The translations under genes were made by a program, and so were the position numbers. Source: Escherichia coli (GTDB lineage: Bacteria > Pseudomonadota > Gammaproteobacteria > Enterobacterales > Enterobacteriaceae). From it: DNA of 64,000 bases. How positions within the stretch are numbered: position 1 is the stretch's first letter; every line of letters starts with the position of its first letter. The stretch is from the NCBI RefSeq assembly GCF_024298765.1, contig NZ_CP101210.1, one strand, 5' to 3'. Shown in pieces: positions 23,571-31,727 of the stretch. The notes beneath the pieces were generated by a model. The model was not told the origin of the DNA, did no database searches, and saw nothing but the letters and a program-made list of their open reading frames with translations.

Positions 23571-24851
23571 TTAATTTTTCATTGCTTCGTTATGGGGCAT
23601 GGTTGGGGCAAACTCGCTTAACTGTGTATTTAACAAAGCTACCTGTGCATTATTGTTTTCAGACATCCATTTTCCGTATACCTGAAATACCATTTGCGCA
23701 TCTGCATGGCCCATCTGGTTTGCTATAAATGCCGGGTTAGCACCAGCTGTCAGCGACCAGCAGGCATAAGTATGTCTCGACTGATATGATTTTCGATGGC
23801 GGAGTCCGGCACGTTTTATCGCTGCGTCCCACATCTGCCTTATTGAGTCAACGGTAAAATGGTCACCATAATTTTTTACTCTCGCTGACACTTCAGGTTG
23901 AAAAACAAAGGTGCATTTTTGTTTTTCTGTTCTGCCATACTCTCTGAGGTGAACATCAATGATATGCTCTTTGCTCAGTCTCGTTAATGTCATCTGACTC
24001 CGGAGAGCGTCGATTGCTGGCTTAATAAGATGAATGACCCGATTGGTTCCCGCCTGTGTTTTTGGTACCGTGAAACGGTCTTTTGCTAAATTTCTCCTGA
24101 TCATCATTGTTCCATTTTTCAGATCTATGTCCTCCCATCCAAGTGCACACAGCTCACCAGGGCGAACGCCAGTATAAACAGAAACACACCATAAATTTTT
24201 TGCTTGCTGATTTCTGCACGCATCGATAAGACGGATAAATTCCTCCCGCGAAAGAGGATCCGGAATGGTTCTTGATTCCTTTAATGGCGAGATCCCCTTA
24301 AACGGATTATCTGGCAGGTAACCGTTATCAACACCAAACTGGAACACGGCGTTAAGATTTGTCATGTAATTATTTACAGTTACAGCCGATCTCCCTGGTT
24401 GTGTAACAATATAGTTACTTTTGGGGATCTGGTATCCAGTCAGTAGCTCTTTACGAACCTCCAGTAATTTTTCTTTATTAATCGATGAGGCAAGATTTTT
24501 TTCACCGATTATGCTCAGGATATTTTTGATGACGGCACGGTATGTGTTGAGTGATGTTTTGGCGACTTCAGTTTCTTTCAGTGCCAGAAATTTTTCAGCC
24601 AGTTCTTTTATGGTTAAATCTTGTCGGGCCTCACCAAATTTTTCCAGATTGCGTGAGGAGGGAAACTGTTTTGCATAGTCGAAAACACCAGTTTTTATTG
24701 CGTAACAAACAGAGGAGCGTAGTTCACCTGCAACGCGCCTGTTTTTTGCTGTGTCAGGAACCCCCAGATTTTCCCTGACTCTTACGCCTTTATAAACAAA
24801 CCAGATACGTAATTTCCCTCCATGGTTTTCCACGCCTGTCGGATATTTCAT
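23571..24851 (-). CDS. int: tyrosine integrase
   Basis: C-terminal catalytic signature (RHTYACWSL, GHADAQMVFQVYGKW). Adjacent to the att junction. Start taken at MKYPTGVENHGGKL (24851); the upstream ATG at 24866 is possible. Confidence 0.9.
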   Translation of the reverse strand: MKYPTGVENHGGKLRIWFVYKGVRVRENLGVPDTAKNRRVAGELRSSVCYAIKTGVFDYAKQFPSSRNLEKFGEARQDLTIKELAEKFLALKETEVAKTSLNTYRAVIKNILSIIGEKNLASSINKEKLLEVRKELLTGYQIPKSNYIVTQPGRSAVTVNNYMTNLNAVFQFGVDNGYLPDNPFKGISPLKESRTIPDPLSREEFIRLIDACRNQQAKNLWCVSVYTGVRPGELCALGWEDIDLKNGTMMIRRNLAKDRFTVPKTQAGTNRVIHLIKPAIDALRSQMTLTRLSKEHIIDVHLREYGRTEKQKCTFVFQPEVSARVKNYGDHFTVDSIRQMWDAAIKRAGLRHRKSYQSRHTYACWSLTAGANPAFIANQMGHADAQMVFQVYGKWMSENNNAQVALLNTQLSEFAPTMPHNEAMKN

Positions 24852-24885
24852 TTCAACTTCTCTCATTAGTTAGTGTGGCTTTTAG

Positions 24886-25137
24886 TCAAGTAAGATGACG
24901 TCTTGGTCTCGCTGATGCCTGGCGCTCAATCCAGCGATCAATTTCTTCCAGGTTGTAAAAGCATGGACTGTTATCCCATGGCATACTGTCATGAGCGACA
25001 TGCTTATATTCCCTTCCTTCCATAAACGATTTTTCCCGGGCCTTTTTTAACGTACCTTTTTTTATTCCTTTCAGCGCAATTAACTGCTCTTCGGATACCC
25101 ATTTGCCGGGAGAGACAATCATGATTACTTCGCTCAT
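24886..25137 (-). CDS. xis: putative excisionase
   Basis: 83 aa, basic, immediately upstream of int in the same orientation. Confidence 0.6.
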   Translation of the reverse strand: MSEVIMIVSPGKWVSEEQLIALKGIKKGTLKKAREKSFMEGREYKHVAHDSMPWDNSPCFYNLEEIDRWIERQASARPRRHLT

Positions 25138-25209
25138 CGATTTCTTTATCTCTTACATCAGACGAGCGCCGGTTGCAGAATACCAGTCACAACCGGCGAC
25201 AGTTGAACA

Positions 25210-27681
25210 TTAAGAATCAGCCTGACTCGGGATCAGTTTTTGCCAGATAACTGAAACGTATTTTGCCTGGTAACGGGCGTCATCAAGTGCATTATGGCGC
25301 TCACCTTCGAATGGAATAGCCGTTCTGGCATCGAAGTCTATGGCTTTCCCCAGCTCAACGATTGTGCGTACATCGCGATCGTTGTAGTAACGCCACGGGC
25401 AGGGGATCCCCTGCCGTTCGTATGAACGGCGCAAAATCGTGTTGTCGAAGTTGGCTCCATTTCCCCAAACCTGAACAAAAAATTCACTGGAGTTTTCGTC
25501 GATAAATTCCCGCAATTGTAACAGTGCATCATCTAACGGGATTTCATCGGTCATAATGGCAGATTGCGCTTCGCGTGATTGCTTAAGCCACCATTTAATG
25601 GTGTCCCGATCAATGACTCCGCCAGCAGTTTCCAGATCGATAGTCTTACTAAATTCCGGTCCCATATCTCCGGTTTGCGGATCGAAAAATATTGCACCTA
25701 TTGAGATGATCGGGGCATCAGGATTTTTTCCCATGGTTTCAAGGTCGATCATTAGATGGTCACACGTCCTGCTGGTGGATGTGATTTCGTGATGACCGTT
25801 CACCTTAATTGAGTGATCTGCCGTCTCGCCAGTTTCATTATCGCTATTGTGATGCTGATTGCCGCCAGTGTTCTCCTTGTGTGGATGTTCAGCGCCTTCC
25901 ATTTCCTCCGGATCATCTTCCTGAACTTCAACCTGATACTCTTCATCGAATGTTTCTTGGTATGTTGCGTCGCCCATCACCGCGCCACAATCAGGGCAGT
26001 TGCCGCCGCCGGTCTGACCGCAGGCGGTGCAGACTTTTTCCACTTCCTGTTGCGCCACTGGTTCAGGCTGTTTCGTTTCTGGCTCGTTTTGTAACGCATT
26101 TGTGCTGTTTTGTTCCGCTTTTTGGTAGTTCCGTTCCGATTCATGCTGGTTCTGGTTCACAGAATCGCGGGTCTGGATCCCCTTAACCCATTTCGGATCA
26201 TTCGGGTCACTAATCCCTTCAACAAATTCACCACGTGATGCAGCAAGCAACTTATCGGCGTCAGGCTGGCTGATATTGGCTGCCTGCATAATTTTGTTTA
26301 CTTCGTCAGCGGTAACTTTTATCGGCTCTGGTTGTTCTGAATCTTCAGCGGTATCTACATTTTGCGGTAAGCCCGTGTATGTGCCATTTTTTCGGGCAAA
26401 ATATTCTTCTTTTGTGATTTCAGTGGCGCCAGCAGCCAGTGCCTTATCCAGACCAGAAAGTTTGTTTGCGCGACCGTATTTTTCTCCGTCCTTATCTGCG
26501 AAGAGGAAATAGAACGGCCCCTCACGCTCTACAGATGGTTCAGCTTCCGGCGCGGTTTCATTTTTTGGGATATCAGATACCTCAGTTTCCACTGCATCAG
26601 TTTGTGTTTCTGATGACTGGAGAACATCAACAGTGCCCAGGTCTGTTTCTTCATTCTCAAACACGCCCTTTGTCGTCAGGTATTCGCAGATATATTTGTT
26701 CAGTGCTATGGGATCTTTGTGAATGTCGATCGGACGCTCACGGACAAGGCCAAAAATAGTCTGGCGGTCGTAGCGAAGGGCATCAGGCTGTTTGCGCATT
26801 GATGCCGAGATACGCTTCCAGTCTTCGCGGTCGTTGTCGATAACTTCTTTTTTTGCCCAGCGATGGATGCTGCCGTCAATGTTTCCGGCATCCACATCAC
26901 CAGGCCAGAGAGCGTAGGCCAGTTCGTCATCCAGTGTTTTCCATGTCTGCTTGTATTCGCGATGAATGGCAGCAATGACCGGGCTGATTTTTCCTGTTGA
27001 ATTTTCAGTGTACTGTTGATTGGCTCTGGCGCGGGCGAGATCAACAACAGACGTGTATTTTCCGGTTTCCTTGCGTTCACCTTCGCGACGTTTTTTCCAG
27101 ATGCGCATCTCTGCCTGAATTTCGGGCCATTTAGCACCAGGAATACATTTATGCTTAACCCACCCAATGGCGTGCAACTTAAGCTCCGGATACATGGCGT
27201 TAACTTCTGGCATTTTCATCAACGCTTCAACGATATGTCCGTCGAATGTTGCCATGTCTTCCTGCAACAATTCCTGTGCGCTAATAACCATATCAACGGT
27301 GATGTTTTCACATGTGTCGAACTTAACCATGACAGCGTTCTGTACTTCAGGGGCCAGCTTGTCAAAAGTGACGTTCATCGGATCGGATTCAGTCTCAACC
27401 GGGACAAAAGAAGCAGACTCCTCATCCCAGCGGTTTTCCTGCATATATTCAGCATCCCATGAATCGAGGGCAGGGCGGGGTATGCCAGGTTTATCCTCGC
27501 AGACAATAAATTTATAAGCGCAGTCCTGAGCAGCCGGATAATGTTCCAGGAACTGCCAGTGAAATTTTGCTCGAGCACGGCGTTCGTCGCCAGCTTCAAT
27601 GGCTGTGGCTACAGCCACAGCGCCTTCTTCCCTTGTTGCCAGTTCGTCAGGAATAGCGGCGCAAATAAAGACTTTACTCAT
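25210..27681 (-). CDS. early-region exonuclease with an acidic N-terminal region, a Cys4 zinc ribbon and a C-terminal DEDDh (DnaQ-like) 3'-5' exonuclease domain
   Basis: 823 aa. Zinc ribbon CTACGQTGGGNCPDCG. DEDDh blocks DLETMG, NGANFDNTIL and HNALDDARYQ. Occupies the exo slot left of the dicB operon. The N-terminus resembles what I recall of the K-12 ydfE remnant. Confidence 0.75.
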   Translation of the reverse strand: MSKVFICAAIPDELATREEGAVAVATAIEAGDERRARAKFHWQFLEHYPAAQDCAYKFIVCEDKPGIPRPALDSWDAEYMQENRWDEESASFVPVETESDPMNVTFDKLAPEVQNAVMVKFDTCENITVDMVISAQELLQEDMATFDGHIVEALMKMPEVNAMYPELKLHAIGWVKHKCIPGAKWPEIQAEMRIWKKRREGERKETGKYTSVVDLARARANQQYTENSTGKISPVIAAIHREYKQTWKTLDDELAYALWPGDVDAGNIDGSIHRWAKKEVIDNDREDWKRISASMRKQPDALRYDRQTIFGLVRERPIDIHKDPIALNKYICEYLTTKGVFENEETDLGTVDVLQSSETQTDAVETEVSDIPKNETAPEAEPSVEREGPFYFLFADKDGEKYGRANKLSGLDKALAAGATEITKEEYFARKNGTYTGLPQNVDTAEDSEQPEPIKVTADEVNKIMQAANISQPDADKLLAASRGEFVEGISDPNDPKWVKGIQTRDSVNQNQHESERNYQKAEQNSTNALQNEPETKQPEPVAQQEVEKVCTACGQTGGGNCPDCGAVMGDATYQETFDEEYQVEVQEDDPEEMEGAEHPHKENTGGNQHHNSDNETGETADHSIKVNGHHEITSTSRTCDHLMIDLETMGKNPDAPIISIGAIFFDPQTGDMGPEFSKTIDLETAGGVIDRDTIKWWLKQSREAQSAIMTDEIPLDDALLQLREFIDENSSEFFVQVWGNGANFDNTILRRSYERQGIPCPWRYYNDRDVRTIVELGKAIDFDARTAIPFEGERHNALDDARYQAKYVSVIWQKLIPSQADS

Positions 27682-27774
27682 TTTGTTTTAACCTCATGAC
27701 AGATTTAAGGATGAACAAATCCCTGCCATTGCTGGCATATAAGAATGAAACCGGATATTTATTACGGAACTGTT

Positions 27775-27966
27775 TTAAAGACCTGCCGGGATTTCGATAT
27801 TATCCTGGTGAATAACTTTATCGACCGGGTAACAGTTACCGGGAATTTTCTGTTCGGTTGCTGCTGTCATACACTCCTGCATTGTCCTGTGAACACTGAC
27901 TGCAATATCAACTGGCTCTCCGGAAACAAGAAAAACTGTCAGAACAAGCGCAAATGCTGAATTCAT
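27775..27966 (-). CDS. ydfD: DUF1482 small lysis-type protein
   Basis: MNSAFALVLTVFLVSGEPVDIAVSVHRTMQECM..., 63 aa. Its ATG overlaps the dicB TGA (ATGA). Matches Qin YdfD as recalled. Confidence 0.8.
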   Translation of the reverse strand: MNSAFALVLTVFLVSGEPVDIAVSVHRTMQECMTAATEQKIPGNCYPVDKVIHQDNIEIPAGL

Positions 27967-28151
27967 TGTGCACATCCTTTTGGCATCAGACGTAAACGAG
28001 CCAGCATTGAAACAATGCATATTTTATTTAATAGCTCCCGTTCTTGTTTTCTCTTGTTAATGGCATCTTCAGTAAATACAGGGTTACTGATAGTGACACC
28101 AATTTCAAAACAACCTTCAGACGTATTAACGTTTGGTAATAACGTTTTCAT
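27963..28151 (-). CDS. dicB: cell-division inhibitor DicB
   Basis: Internal Met36 of the track ORF gives MKTLLPNVNTSEGCFEIGVTISNPVFTEDAINKRKQERELLNKICIVSMLARLRLMPKGCAQ (62 aa), which is DicB as recalled. Confidence 0.88.
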   Translation of the reverse strand: MKTLLPNVNTSEGCFEIGVTISNPVFTEDAINKRKQERELLNKICIVSMLARLRLMPKGCAQ

Positions 28152-28325
28152 TATCGCGTCCTCAACAATGAATTTTGTGATGCAGTGCCTGGTGCCTCCA
28201 GGTGACGTTAACCAGTTAACAATTAACGCCGGATACAGAGAATCCACCCATAACACTGTTTTTGGTTTTAACTGTTCCGCGTGCGCTTAGCCGCATTCAC
28301 CGCATCACAAAATTCACTTTAAAAA

Positions 28326-28378
28326 CGGCGGCAGAGCAGTCACGGAGTAAAACTGATACCGCCAAACGTCACCAGAAA
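28326..28378 (-). ncRNA. dicF: DicF antisense sRNA (targets ftsZ)
   Basis: The minus strand reads TTTCTGGTGACGTTTGGCGGTATCAGTTTTACTCCGTGACTGCTCTGCCGCCG followed by TTTTT. This matches the 53-nt DicF sequence as I recall it, and it lies directly upstream of dicB. Confidence 0.85.
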
Positions 28379-28409
28379 ATTGATAACAGAGGGCGTTGCA
28401 GCGGGGTTG

Positions 28410-28640
28410 TCACTTAAGCGTATGGTCAACCTGACAACTCGGTGTCCTCAACGGGGAAGGAATAACCCTGCCATACTTACCGCCGCGCCATTTCGCGGGT
28501 TGCCACAACCGGAAGCGCACGGTCGAATTAAATTTAACGACACCGTACAGTGAGACGAACTTCGCCGTGCGCTTTCGTGTTGTGTGCCTGCTTTTAACCA
28601 CGTCAGGCGAGGTGGTATCCTTCTTATTCCGAATAACCAA
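28410..28640 (-). CDS. ydfC-position ORF (very basic; may be only part of the DicF precursor transcript)
   Basis: 76-aa Arg/Lys-rich ORF upstream of DicF in the same operon orientation. No convincing RBS checked. Confidence 0.4.
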   Translation of the reverse strand: MVIRNKKDTTSPDVVKSRHTTRKRTAKFVSLYGVVKFNSTVRFRLWQPAKWRGGKYGRVIPSPLRTPSCQVDHTLK

Positions 28641-28653
28641 GAAGGAAATCTAT

Positions 28654-28854
28654 ATGACTAAAGAAGAATTTGTCTCTTATATTTTTGATAAAACGGTTGA
28701 AATGTATGCCGCTACTTACGGGTCCTGTAATCCTCTGAATAAACCAGAGGGGAAAGATGATTTCGACAAAATTTACCGCTTCTTGGAGGACCGCTATATC
28801 AAAAGGTTAGAGGACGCAGGGATCAAATCCCCAGTGAAGTCACCATTGTCCTGA
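28654..28854 (+). CDS. hypothetical 66-aa protein on the opposite strand inside the dicB operon
   Basis: ATG 28654 is preceded by GAAGGAA with a 6-nt spacer. Protein-like composition (MTKEEFVSYIFDKTVEMYAATYG...). 3' end overlaps the next gene convergently by 32 nt. Confidence 0.5.
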   Translation: MTKEEFVSYIFDKTVEMYAATYGSCNPLNKPEGKDDFDKIYRFLEDRYIKRLEDAGIKSPVKSPLS

Positions 28855-29188
28855 GAACTTGCAGGACGTCATGATCGTAACTTCCATCCAAACCGCGACG
28901 GCAAATTGCTTCTCGTATTACCGGAAGCAGTTCGCTGGAAATCTCGGTGCATATTTCACCTGATAATACGCCTGGCTCAAGTGAGAATATTGGTGAACTT
29001 ACGGTCTTGGTCTCGACAGTTTCAGAGTCAGTGCCAACATTATAAAGCTCAACGAAAGCGGTCTTGATTTTCCGGGCCAGATCTTTTGCTGGCTCGCTTG
29101 CAATATCTTTCCCGATTTCTCGCAGCACAGAATGCAATGTATGAGCTGCTGTTTTCTGTACATCAGACGGTAAATCTTTAAATTCCAT
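28823..29188 (-). CDS. hypothetical 121-aa acidic protein
   Basis: MEFKDLPSDVQKTAAHTLHSVLREIG... with a GAGG RBS 6 nt upstream. An alternative ATG at 29200 overlaps the ydfA stop. Occupies the ydfB position of Qin but is far larger. Confidence 0.6.
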   Translation of the reverse strand: MEFKDLPSDVQKTAAHTLHSVLREIGKDIASEPAKDLARKIKTAFVELYNVGTDSETVETKTVSSPIFSLEPGVLSGEICTEISSELLPVIREAICRRGLDGSYDHDVLQVLRTMVTSLGI

Positions 29189-29199
29189 CGTCAGCCTCA

Positions 29200-29352
29200 T
29201 CAGTCAGTGTTTCTGGCTAACCAGCAACGCGCGCCAGATTCGGTTTTAAACGTTTTGCTTTTGGTATATGTCATCGCGGTGAACGTACCGTCCTGGTTGG
29301 GGAACACGCCACATACCAGAGATTCGCTGTTGCCAAGATCGATAGTATCCAT
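29200..29352 (-). CDS. ydfA: DUF1391 small protein
   Basis: MDTIDLGNSESLVCGVFPNQDGTFTAMTYTKSKTFKTESGARCWLARNTD (50 aa) with a GAGG RBS. Resembles Qin YdfA as recalled. Confidence 0.75.
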   Translation of the reverse strand: MDTIDLGNSESLVCGVFPNQDGTFTAMTYTKSKTFKTESGARCWLARNTD

Positions 29353-29429
29353 GCTGACCTCATTTCCCCTTAACGCCGGGGTCGCGGAACTGTTTGCTGA
29401 GAACACCGTGCGGTGTCTTGATGGAAAGT

Positions 29430-29484
29430 AATTTAGAATAACCTAACATGAGAGGCAAGTGTTTTTTGTTAGATTGATCTAACA
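29430..29484 (-). promoter_or_regulatory. candidate promoter of the ydfA...dicF-dicB operon with two DicA-type operators
   Basis: Minus strand reads TTGCCT (29458-29453), 17 nt, TAAATT (29435-29430). The TTAG-N6-CTAA site at 29433-29446 sits in the spacer and -10. The palindrome TGTTAGATTGATCTAACA (29467-29484) lies just upstream of the -35. Confidence 0.55.
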
Positions 29485-29520
29485 AAAAGAGTGGGCGCAA
29501 CTAATCACTTGAAAAGAATG

Positions 29521-29928
29521 TTATTTTATTGATTTATTTTTACGCGCTTTAAGCATTTCTTCGAAGAGTTTGTTGAAGTTTTCTACTCTTGCGCGCATTT
29601 CAGACAGCAAGGCTTCCTGCTCGGAAGATGGAAGAGCATCGAATAATTCGATCAATTCTTTGTGGTTGGGAGTTAGCTCTGTTTCCACATGAAGTTCTTG
29701 TGCAGGCACTGGTGCCTTGTCTTCGTCACCAAACATTAGCCATGTAGGTGAGCACTTCAGAGCATCCGCTAAAGCAAACAATCGTTTTCCGACTGGCTGG
29801 GTTTCGTCTCTTTCCCATTGTGAAATTGTGACGTGAGCAACTCCAGCGAGGCGCGCAGCTTCTCGTTGTGTTAAGCGTAATTCTTTTCGTCGCGCCAGAA
29901 CTCGCTGGCCTAGGGTTCTTGTATCCAT
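29521..29928 (-). CDS. dicA: DicA-type (XRE/cI-like) prophage repressor
   Basis: 135 aa. HTH LTQREAARLAGVAHVTISQWERDE. The C-terminal part MRARVENFNKLFEEMLKARK is close to K-12 DicA as recalled. Divergent from dicC. Confidence 0.85.
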   Translation of the reverse strand: MDTRTLGQRVLARRKELRLTQREAARLAGVAHVTISQWERDETQPVGKRLFALADALKCSPTWLMFGDEDKAPVPAQELHVETELTPNHKELIELFDALPSSEQEALLSEMRARVENFNKLFEEMLKARKNKSIK

Positions 29929-29930
29929 AG

Positions 29931-29995
29931 TTAGGTAATTCTAATTTTTCTTGACTTAGGTATCCCGCGCACAATAATGTTAGAAAAGTCTAACA
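29931..29995. promoter_or_regulatory. dicA/dicC divergent control region with two operators
   Basis: TTAGGTAATTCTAA (29931-29944) abuts the dicA ATG. TTGACT (29951-56), 16 nt, AATAAT (29973-78) points toward dicC. The palindrome TGTTAGAAAAGTCTAACA (29978-29995) overlaps the -10 and +1. Confidence 0.6.
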
Positions 29996-30008
29996 AGAGG
30001 GGGCTTTG

Positions 30009-30236
30009 ATGCTTAAAGTTGACGCAATTACTTTTTTTGGCAGCAAAACAAAGCTTGCCAATGCCGCAGGAGTGAGACTGGCAAGTGTTGCTGCTTGGGG
30101 GATACTGGTTCCTGAAGGTCGCGCGATGCGTCTACAGGAGGCATCTGGCGGGGAGCTTCAGTATGATCCCAAAGTTTATGACGAATATCGTAAGACGAAG
30201 CGGGCGGGGCGGTTGAACAATGAAAATCACTCCTGA
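30009..30236 (+). CDS. dicC: Cro-like regulator DicC
   Basis: ATG 30009 (the track used TTG 30006) with RBS AAGAGGGGG. The C-terminal half EGRAMRLQEASGGELQYDPKVYDEYRK..RAGRLNNENHS matches DicC as recalled. Confidence 0.85.
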   Translation: MLKVDAITFFGSKTKLANAAGVRLASVAAWGILVPEGRAMRLQEASGGELQYDPKVYDEYRKTKRAGRLNNENHS

Positions 30237-30741
30237 ACAGGCTCGTGAGGCTCTGGATGCCTGGATATGTCGACCAGGAATGACACAGGAGCAGGCGACG
30301 ATATTAATCACTGAAGCATTCTGGGCTTTGAAAGAGCGCCCGAACATCGATGTTCAGCGTGTCACATATGAAGGTGGCGCGGTTGATCAGCGAGCGCTTA
30401 GCGTTAATCGAGTGAAGATATTCGAACGCTGGAAGGCTATCGACACCAGGGATAAGCGTGAAAAGTTCACAGCGCTAGTGCCTGCAATTATGGAGGCTAT
30501 CCGGATTAGTGATTTCAGGTTGTATCGTGAGATCAGTGATGGAAAAAGTATTACGTACATGATCGCCGGGTTAAATAAAGAATATGGCGATGTGGTGGAA
30601 TCCGGACTGCTTTTTGCAGATCCTGCCGTTGTAGATCGTGAAACTGACGAACTTATAGAAAAAGCAATTGCTTTCAAGCTTGCGTATCGACAGCAATACC
30701 AACAAAAAGCTGGATGGAATTATGAGTCTTCTTTTTGCTGA
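30220..30741 (+). CDS. YdaT-like (cII-position) protein
   Basis: 173 aa, overlaps the dicC end by 17 nt. Position after the cro analogue is typical of YdaT-family genes. The family call is positional only. Confidence 0.5.
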   Translation: MKITPEQAREALDAWICRPGMTQEQATILITEAFWALKERPNIDVQRVTYEGGAVDQRALSVNRVKIFERWKAIDTRDKREKFTALVPAIMEAIRISDFRLYREISDGKSITYMIAGLNKEYGDVVESGLLFADPAVVDRETDELIEKAIAFKLAYRQQYQQKAGWNYESSFC

Positions 30742-31687
30742 ACGCCCACTGGTTATAAACACGCAGCTGGCAATGAAAATCGGCTTAAACGAAGCCATTG
30801 TTTTGCAACAACTGCACTACTGGTTGAGAGATACCAACTCCGGTATGGAATGTGATGGTGTTCGCTGGATTTATAACACAACGGAACAATGGCTGGAACA
30901 GTTCCCATTCTGGTCAGAGTCAACGTTAAAGCGCGCGTTTGCAAGTCTGAAAACGCTGGGGCTTTTGCGTTGTGAAAAGCTCAATAAATCAAAGCGCGAT
31001 ATGACCAATTTCTACACGATCAACTATGGGAGCGAGCTTTTAGATGGTGGCAAATTGAACGAATCCATCGGTTCAAAATGCGCCGCTCCATCAGGTCAAA
31101 ATGACACGATGGAAGAGGTCAAAATGAAACGCTCCATTGGTTCAAAACGACCCAATGTCATCGGGTCAAAATGGCCTGATGATCTTACAGAGAATACAAC
31201 AGAGATTACTACAGAGAATAAAAACACTTTTCGTCCGGAAGCTTCGCAACCGGACCCGCAGACGACTGAACAGGATTTTTTAACCCGGAACCCCGACGCG
31301 GTTGTGTTTAGTGTGAAAAAACGCCAGTGGGGTAGCAGGGAGGATCTGGCGTGTGCGCAGTGGATTTGGGGGCGGATCGTGAACCTTTACGAACAGGCTG
31401 CCAGCGACGATGGAGAGATCATGCGACCAAAAGAGCCTAACTGGACAGCCTGGGCCAATGACGTGCGCACAATGCGGATGCTGGATGGCAGAAGCCACAG
31501 ACAAATTTGCGAAATGTTTGGTCGGGTACAGCGGGATCCATTCTGGGTAAAAAACATCATGAGCCCGTCAAAACTCCGCGAAAAATGGGACGAACTGGTC
31601 ATCCGCCTGGGACGTTCACCTGTACAGCGTTGTGTGAATCATATTTCTGAACCGGATACAGAAATTCCGCCTGGTTTCAGGGGATAA
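30722..31687 (+). CDS. replication initiator, lambda O-like
   Basis: Start at MSLLFAERPLVINTQL (ATG 30722). The C-terminal segment WGSREDLACAQWIW...NWTAWANDVRTMRMLDGRSHRQICEMF...FWVKNIMSPSKLREKWDEL parallels the lambda O C-terminus as recalled. Iterons lie inside the gene. Confidence 0.8.
   Translation: MSLLFAERPLVINTQLAMKIGLNEAIVLQQLHYWLRDTNSGMECDGVRWIYNTTEQWLEQFPFWSESTLKRAFASLKTLGLLRCEKLNKSKRDMTNFYTINYGSELLDGGKLNESIGSKCAAPSGQNDTMEEVKMKRSIGSKRPNVIGSKWPDDLTENTTEITTENKNTFRPEASQPDPQTTEQDFLTRNPDAVVFSVKKRQWGSREDLACAQWIWGRIVNLYEQAASDDGEIMRPKEPNWTAWANDVRTMRMLDGRSHRQICEMFGRVQRDPFWVKNIMSPSKLREKWDELVIRLGRSPVQRCVNHISEPDTEIPPGFRG
31064..31173 (+). repeat. origin iterons (five copies) inside the O-like gene, followed by an AT-rich ACAGAGA-repeat tract
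   Basis: GGTTCAAAATG / AGGTCAAAATG / AGGTCAAAATG / GGTTCAAAACG / GGGTCAAAATG, with the core C at 31074, 31097, 31120, 31143 and 31167 (spacing 23, 23, 23, 24). Then TACAGAGAATACAACAGAGATTACTACAGAGAATAAAAACA (31186-31226). Confidence 0.8.
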
Positions 31688-31727
31688 GTGTTGATTTCAG
31701 GTCATGAGATAATTTTAAGGGGGACTT

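Noticed and set aside
25338-27599. Several 60-150-aa ORFs on both strands
   Set aside because: Nested in or antisense to the 823-aa exonuclease gene.
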